Of a stretch of DNA of 64,000 nt, positions 58,624 through 64,000 are shown piece after piece; within the stretch, counting starts at the first letter, position 1; every line of letters starts with the position of its first letter. A program made the translations under genes and the position numbers. The DNA lies in NCBI GenBank assembly GCA_963848305.1, contig CAWKDC010000001.1:1152001-1216000 (forward strand), in the 5' to 3' direction. The stretch comes from an uncultured Gammaproteobacteria bacterium. Lineage in GTDB: Bacteria; Pseudomonadota; Gammaproteobacteria; JABCZS01. The notes under the pieces were generated by a model. It worked only from the letters and a program-made list of their open reading frames with translations, ran no database searches and had not been told where the DNA came from.

Positions 58624-59367
58624 ATGGAATTCAAATTGCATCAAGTGGTGTCTGCCACTATTCTGGGCGTAGCGATTGGTCTGGGTTTGTCGGTGTCTGG
58701 TCACTATATTGAGCAAGGCATGGTGAAATTTCGATCCGCTGATAGGGTTGTCAGCGTCAAAGGCCTGGCTGAAAAAGAAGTCAAATCAGATTTGGGTGTC
58801 TGGAATATCACGTTTAAAACCGTTGGCAATGATTTAGAAACCAGTTATGTGGGTATATCTGCTGCGCAAGATAAAATAGAAGCCTTCTTGACTGCCAATG
58901 GGTTTGCTGCGAATGAAATGTCATTGGGTGGCATACAGGTCACCGATTTAATGGCGCGTGAATATGGCACGTCAGATGTTAAACCTGAGTACCGTTATAT
59001 TTTGCGTAATAAAGTGATTGTTCGCACGGTTGATGTGGATAAAATTGAACATGCATTACAAGCCAGTAATCAATTGGTGAAAGAAGGTGTGTTGTTGGAA
59101 GATTTAAACAGCATCCGTTATTTTTACACGCAATTGAATGCCATTCGCCCGGACATGTTGGCCCTTGCGACGCAAAGCGCGCGCACATTGGCGGAACAGT
59201 TTGCGAAGGATTCCGGTAGCGAGGTTGGGCAGATTCGCCAGGCGAATCAGGGCGTGTTCAGGATTTTACCGCGCGATGGGGCTGAAGGTGACTTCGGCAT
59301 GGAAGATACCAGCAGTGTGTATAAGAAAGTACGCGTGGTGTCGACAATAGATTACGCGTTGGAATAA
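58624..59367 (+). CDS. SIMPL (DUF541) domain protein
   Basis: DRVVSVKGLAEKEVKSD, LNAIRPDML, FAKDSGS, ANQGVF, KKVRVVSTIDY. Confidence 0.9.
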   Translation: MEFKLHQVVSATILGVAIGLGLSVSGHYIEQGMVKFRSADRVVSVKGLAEKEVKSDLGVWNITFKTVGNDLETSYVGISAAQDKIEAFLTANGFAANEMSLGGIQVTDLMAREYGTSDVKPEYRYILRNKVIVRTVDVDKIEHALQASNQLVKEGVLLEDLNSIRYFYTQLNAIRPDMLALATQSARTLAEQFAKDSGSEVGQIRQANQGVFRILPRDGAEGDFGMEDTSSVYKKVRVVSTIDYALE

Positions 59368-59382
59368 TGCGATTGTAGGGGC

Positions 59383-59430
59383 GAGAGAGGGATTGATTCG
59401 CGCCATTCATGGCGCGAACCCCTTTGGGTC
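59383..59430. repeat. tRNA-linked repeat: copy of the tRNA-Ser T-arm interrupted by a hairpin; possible terminator
   Basis: GAGAGAGGGATT + 20-nt insert + CGAACCC versus tRNA GAGAGAGGGATTCGAACCC; hairpin TTCGCGCCAT-TC-ATGGCGCGAA at 59397-59418. Confidence 0.6.
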
Positions 59431-59442
59431 ACCTAATATTTT

Positions 59443-59533
59443 TGGCGGAGAGAGAGGGATTCGAACCCTCGGTACGGGGTTACCGTACACACACTTTCCA
59501 GGCGTGCGCCTTCAGCCGCTCGGCCATCTCTCC
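59443..59533 (-). tRNA. tRNA-Ser(GGA)
   Basis: Reverse complement GGAGAGATGGCCGAGCGGCTGAAGGCG..CCTGGAAAG..long variable arm..GGTTCGAATCCCTCTCTCTCCGCCA; 91 nt. Confidence 0.97.
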
Positions 59534-59824
59534 TGAGCGCGTAGCATACTGTATTTGATGTAAAAAGGAAAGCAAATTTCAAGATGCATAGGGTCAGATA
59601 CATATTGCACTCAGTTCGCCCTCTTTCAGGCGTGCGCTTCGAATCAAGGGCTGAATGGTTTCTTCTTGCCAATAAAAGTGAGGCCAATCAGCCTGTTGAC
59701 AAATCCACTGTCATTCATTGAAATACATATGTTATAACCCCTGTATGAGCCGAATAATCACCGGATTTGGCTTATTACTCGGAAGATGCTTGCAAAAATG
59801 GTCTCATTCCGTCAAAATGACGCC

Positions 59825-60472
59825 ATGGAAAAAAGCTTTCTCAAAATTCTCGAGGGTTATGAAGCCTTTCGAGACAAATACGCCCATGGGGATAGTTCTG
59901 TCATGCGCTACCTCTCTGCCTATGGCCAACAGCCGAAGGTCATGATTGTGGCTTGCTGTGACTCTCGCGTGGACCCTGCCTTGATTCTGCAGTGTGACCC
60001 GGGCGATTTATTCATCACCCGCAACGTCGCCAATATCGTGCCTCCCTACGAGCATGATACGGGTCACCACGGTACCAGCGCGGCGCTAGAGTTTGGCATA
60101 CGATTTTTGGAAGTGAACCATTTGATTTTGCTGGGCCACAGCCAATGTGGGGGTGTTCAAGCGGCGCTGGATCATGCCATGGCGCATCAAAATGACTTTA
60201 TCAGCAATTGGGTCTCCATCCTGAAAACAGATGATTTGCCCAACCACAATGTCGATGATTGCGCCAAACGCATGTTGAATCAATCTTACCAAAATTGCCT
60301 GGCATTCCCCTGGATTCAAGAAAAATTGGCACAGAAAAAACTGATGATTCACCTTTGGTTTTTTGACATTCATTCTGGGCAGATTTTCAGGTATGCAGAA
60401 GATCATCAAGCCTATGAGCCGCTTACTTCATCCCTTTTGGATGATATCAGGGCTTATACGGCCGGTTCCTGA
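59825..60472 (+). CDS. Beta-class carbonic anhydrase
   Basis: GQQP, ACCDSRV, PGDLFITRNVANIVPP, SAALEF, GHSQCGG. Confidence 0.94.
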   Translation: MEKSFLKILEGYEAFRDKYAHGDSSVMRYLSAYGQQPKVMIVACCDSRVDPALILQCDPGDLFITRNVANIVPPYEHDTGHHGTSAALEFGIRFLEVNHLILLGHSQCGGVQAALDHAMAHQNDFISNWVSILKTDDLPNHNVDDCAKRMLNQSYQNCLAFPWIQEKLAQKKLMIHLWFFDIHSGQIFRYAEDHQAYEPLTSSLLDDIRAYTAGS

Positions 60473-60474
60473 AT

Positions 60475-60517
60475 GTATTAAAATACCCAATTTAATCTAA
60501 AAAACGTATTAAAATAC
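60475..60517. promoter_or_regulatory. Two identical palindromes GTATT-AA-AATAC 31 bp apart; putative HipB-like operators
   Basis: GTATTAAAATAC at 60475-60486 and 60506-60517; a degenerate third copy GTACTATAATGC at 60559-60570 contains TATAAT. Confidence 0.7.
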
Positions 60518-60574
60518 ATTATTTATAAAATATGGCGATTTACATCGTTATAAATAATGTACTATAATGCAAGT

Positions 60575-60886
60575 ATGAACACACATCCGCTCAATCCCAT
60601 GTTAGCCAAAGAGTTATTGGATTTAGGCCAATGGCTGCGCACGCTTCGAAAGAAGCGAAAAATCACCATTGAGGAGATGTGTGTACGTATTGGTGTTAAA
60701 AACCCACGGACTGTCAGCAAAATCGAAAAGGGAGACCCGACAGTGTCGCTGGGCACATTCATTGAATACATTAATATTTTGGGTTTGGCCCGCAATGTTT
60801 CTGAGCGCATTTTGGGAGATTATATATCGGTAGTCACTGACCAAAAGAGAAAACCCGTTTTTAAAGATGAGGATATGAACTTTTAA
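60575..60886 (+). CDS. XRE-family HTH antitoxin (HipB-like)
   Basis: LGQWLRTLRKKRKIT..RIGV...TVSKIEKGDPTVSLG; stop overlaps the hipA-like start (TAATG). Confidence 0.85.
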   Translation: MNTHPLNPMLAKELLDLGQWLRTLRKKRKITIEEMCVRIGVKNPRTVSKIEKGDPTVSLGTFIEYINILGLARNVSERILGDYISVVTDQKRKPVFKDEDMNF

Positions 60887-62070
60887 TGAAAGAAGAAATT
60901 GTTTATGTATATTTAAATAATGCATTTGTTCCTGCGGGACGTTTAGCATTTGAGCCTGCTGGTCGTTTTTCTAGGGCATATTTTCGCTATGGCGAAGAAT
61001 ATCTAAAACGAAAAGATGCGATGAGTATTGATCCTGTACAACTGCCACTTGTTGGAAAAGAATTTGTTACAGAACAGGGTTTTGATATGTTTAATGGCAT
61101 CAGAGATGCTGGCCCTGATCGCTGGGGTAGATATTTGCTTGATAAAAAATATACTCGAGGATTGGATGAATTAGATTATATTACATTGCTTGGGCATGAT
61201 CGAAGTGGTGCGTTGGGTTTTGCAGATCATGCGCAAGGTATGGTTAAACCTATTTCCAAAAGACTGGATTTAAAAATATGTATCGACGCAGCAGAACAAG
61301 CCCTTTCTGGAAAAAATACCCCTGAATTGGAAGCTTTTTTAAATTATGGGCCATCATTGGGTGGTGCTCGACCCAAAGCAACGGTGACATGGAATAATAA
61401 ACCTTATGTTGCGAAATTCACGGTATCAATGGATAAAAAAAATGAAGCTTTGATTGAGTACGCCACCATGTCATTGGCAAAAATATGCGGAATGAATGTG
61501 CCACTGCTGGACAAAACACAGGTTTCAGGTCGTGATATTTTTTTAATTGAACGGTTTGATCGAAAAACAGATGCTATGGGGGAACATCCTATTCCATTTA
61601 TGTCAGGTCTCACGGCCACAGGATTTCATGAGCAGGATTATCAACAATGGAGCTATTTGTCTCTGTGCGATGCTATCAATCGCTTCAGTCAAGATCCTGT
61701 TGCAGATAAAATTGAATTATTTAAGCGTATGGTATTCAATATTTTGGTATTTAATAATGATGATCACATGCGCAATCATGGATTTATATATGTGGGTGAG
61801 CAAAAATGGCGCTTGTCACCACTCTATGATGTAGTCCCCGGCGTATTGAGCGGCGAAACCTATATGTTGGTGATGATTATCGGTGAACGGGGCAAGGAAG
61901 CCAGCCTTGAAAATGCACTGTCATCGGCAGGGTATTTTGGCTTGACCATAGATCAAGCAAAAGGGGTTTGCAAAACAATTGCAACACAGGTGAAAAAATG
62001 GGAGACCCATTTTAGGGCATGCGGCGTAAGTTCTCAAGATATTGAAAAAATTAGACATTCTTTCAGATGA
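60886..62070 (+). CDS. HipA-family kinase toxin
   Basis: DAGPDRWGR, DRSGALGF, SLGGARPKA, IERFDR, FNILVFNNDDHMRNHGF, LSPLYDV. Confidence 0.92.
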   Translation: MKEEIVYVYLNNAFVPAGRLAFEPAGRFSRAYFRYGEEYLKRKDAMSIDPVQLPLVGKEFVTEQGFDMFNGIRDAGPDRWGRYLLDKKYTRGLDELDYITLLGHDRSGALGFADHAQGMVKPISKRLDLKICIDAAEQALSGKNTPELEAFLNYGPSLGGARPKATVTWNNKPYVAKFTVSMDKKNEALIEYATMSLAKICGMNVPLLDKTQVSGRDIFLIERFDRKTDAMGEHPIPFMSGLTATGFHEQDYQQWSYLSLCDAINRFSQDPVADKIELFKRMVFNILVFNNDDHMRNHGFIYVGEQKWRLSPLYDVVPGVLSGETYMLVMIIGERGKEASLENALSSAGYFGLTIDQAKGVCKTIATQVKKWETHFRACGVSSQDIEKIRHSFR

Positions 62071-62115
62071 TTTTATCCCGCCCCATCGAAACAGATCCAA
62101 TGGGGCGCTATAAAC

Positions 62116-62565
62116 ATGAAGCGCAAAGGATACTGGGAGCATATCCAGCATTCTCCAGCGTGGCACAGTTGGGTGGGATATGCTTTTGAACTGGTGTGTT
62201 ATAAACATATTCCTCAAATTAGTAATGCATTGCATATTACCCCCACAGCGTTGCCCTACACATGGCGACACGTGCCTGGGAAGGATGCACCCGAGCAAGG
62301 CGCTCAAATTGATTTGCTATTTGACAGAAATGATGATTCAATCACGTTGTGTGAAATAAAATATACGGATAAACCTTATGGGATAGATAAGCAATATGCG
62401 CAAATATTGCTTCAAAAAATGGAAGTTTTTAAAAAACAAACACGGACACGGAAAAATATTTTTATGGCAATGATTGCAGCGAGTGGTTTGAAAGATACGA
62501 TGTATTCAGAAGAGATCGTGCAAGGTGTTGTCACGTTGGATGATTTGTTTAAAGAGGTGCAATAG
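62116..62565 (+). pseudogene. C-terminal PD-(D/E)XK-like fragment of an AAA-family ATPase
   Basis: W.GYAFELVC..H..QI..AL.I, GAQIDLLFDRND..ITLCEIKY, VTLDDLF; no P-loop; in-frame stop just upstream. Confidence 0.7.
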
Positions 62566-62583
62566 TCATGAAAGGAGCCACTT

Positions 62584-62946
62584 ATGCCACATGTTACCGT
62601 TGAATATTCAGATAACCTCACCCCTTATTTTGCGATCGAAACATTGTTGCCTGCGTTGCAACAAACATTCGCCTCGTTTGATACCATTATTTTATCGGAC
62701 ATCATCACGCGCGCAAAAGCCTATGCGCACTATGAAGTCGGGGACAAGGGCCGGGAAGGCGCATTCATGCATGTGAGTATTCTCATGTACCAGGGTAGGC
62801 CTCAAGCCCTGCGTACACAAATCGGAGAAGCTTTGGTGGCAGTGTTAACTGCCCATTTGACACATTTACCCGCACAACTGGCCTATACTGTCAGTGTTGA
62901 AATCCGAGAGATGGATCGGGTTAATTATTTTTATTCAAAAGTTTGA
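62584..62946 (+). CDS. 5-carboxymethyl-2-hydroxymuconate isomerase-like tautomerase
   Basis: N-terminal MPH..VEYS.NL, F.HV.I....GR, VSVEIREM; RBS AAGGAG. Confidence 0.85.
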   Translation: MPHVTVEYSDNLTPYFAIETLLPALQQTFASFDTIILSDIITRAKAYAHYEVGDKGREGAFMHVSILMYQGRPQALRTQIGEALVAVLTAHLTHLPAQLAYTVSVEIREMDRVNYFYSKV

Positions 62947-62970
62947 TAGACAAGGCCAGGGAAGGGAATC

Positions 62971-63705
62971 ATGACAATTCATCAATATATAGTATCTGCA
63001 TTTTCCATACTTTGCTTGAGTGGCATCGCGTCCGCGGAAGGTTATTACGTGCGCGCAGATTTCGCTTACTCTTGGTCATGGGAGCAGGAAAGTGCACAAG
63101 ATGTGGCCACGCCCCCTCCCAGCGAAGCCCTTTTCGAGCTTTCGCCTAAAGCGGTGCCGCTTGGTCAGTTTGGTTACGGCTATTTTGCTGCACCGTATGC
63201 ACGTGCGGATATTACTGCGGCGATAACTGGCGGACGCGAATATGATGTGACCTGTGCGAACAATCTGTCCACATGTCAGCCTGGTACAAAAGGGTCCGGC
63301 AAAGTCGACAGCTCCCTTTTTCTATTGAATGTATATTATGAGCTGGCTTCTCTATGGAGCCTCGAAAAATCACGTTGGCAGCCTTACCTGGGCTTTGGGA
63401 TAGGCGGTGCTTATCAAAATGCTCACGGGTTATATCTGAAGTTGCCAGAAGCATGTGATTGTTATTCCTATGTTAGCGCAAACACCCATTGGCAATTTGT
63501 ATGGCGAGGTGTCGCGGGGCTGGCAGTAGAAGTGTATAAAGGCCTTTTAGTGGATGTTTCATATGCATATACGGATGCGGGAGAAGCGCTATTTGGGGAT
63601 ACCATTACCGCTTCCTCCATGGCGGGTTCTCTCCATGTCACCGATCCTATCGGCGTAGACATGAAAACACAGGAAGCGTATATTGGCTTACGTTACCAAT
63701 TTTAA
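62971..63705 (+). CDS. Outer-membrane beta-barrel protein (8-strand, opacity/OmpA-TM-like)
   Basis: Signal peptide, GYYVRAD, LLNVYYEL, PYLGFGIG, VDVSYAY, terminal GLRYQF. Confidence 0.82.
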   Translation: MTIHQYIVSAFSILCLSGIASAEGYYVRADFAYSWSWEQESAQDVATPPPSEALFELSPKAVPLGQFGYGYFAAPYARADITAAITGGREYDVTCANNLSTCQPGTKGSGKVDSSLFLLNVYYELASLWSLEKSRWQPYLGFGIGGAYQNAHGLYLKLPEACDCYSYVSANTHWQFVWRGVAGLAVEVYKGLLVDVSYAYTDAGEALFGDTITASSMAGSLHVTDPIGVDMKTQEAYIGLRYQF

Positions 63706-63718
63706 GGTTGTAAGATAG

Positions 63719-64000
63719 ATGGCCGCTGCTCATTCTGATGGTTTTTATTTGCATCAATTCTTGCAACGGTTGCAAGCGTTAGAGGCACGGTTGGTTGCGC
63801 GCTTGCCGGAATCATCCGCTTTGCCTGCCCGTGCGAGTGCATTGCGTCATCATGTGGAAAAAGCAGTCATGAGCATGGGAGATACCCTGCTCGACCAGCT
63901 TCTGGAAAATGTCTTTCTGCCAGAGTTGGATCGCCTGATGTTTGATGTGCGCGAAGCGCTTCAACTCACGCAACACGCGCGCAAAGTGAAGGGAACAGCC
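63719..64000 (+). CDS. Hypothetical protein, partial (runs off the window end)
   Basis: ATG at 63719 (MAAAHSDGFYLHQFLQRL..) stays open to position 64000. Confidence 0.55.
   Translation, partial: MAAAHSDGFYLHQFLQRLQALEARLVARLPESSALPARASALRHHVEKAVMSMGDTLLDQLLENVFLPELDRLMFDVREALQLTQHARKVKGTA

Overview
Gene-dense chromosomal segment of a gammaproteobacterium. A Legionellales/Coxiellales-like lineage is inferred from gene content and repeat types only. The housekeeping backbone comprises potFGHI, purEK, znuABC, queF, dipZ, gmhB, tpx, trkAH, fmt-def-dprA-smg-topA, nhaA, trmB, putP, asmA, mutY-yggX, tRNA-Phe and tRNA-Ser. Notable features: (1) an ~11.6 kb chromosomal type IVb (R64 Pil/TCP-like) pilus operon ending in three full-length tandem PilV-like tip-adhesin paralogues, with no shufflon, recombinase or conjugation genes; (2) a DUF2946-like leader ORF (HxH, CxxC, C-terminal PRAPP) followed by a hairpin next to the RBS of an unknown His/Cys-rich membrane protein, inside a split znu locus, a candidate metal-sensing ribosome-stalling switch; (3) a RimK-family ligase translationally coupled to the putrescine ABC operon; (4) one- or two-gene defence/TA-like islets (AAA-DUF4143, Schlafen-HTH, reversed-order AbiE, orphan AbiEi, HipBA, ATPase remnants), most preceded by paired palindromes or repeats; (5) several small REP/MITE-like elements. 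At least six single-base frameshifts in short homopolymers suggest sequencing indel errors rather than true pseudogenes. All family calls rest on motif recognition by eye; no database search was run.
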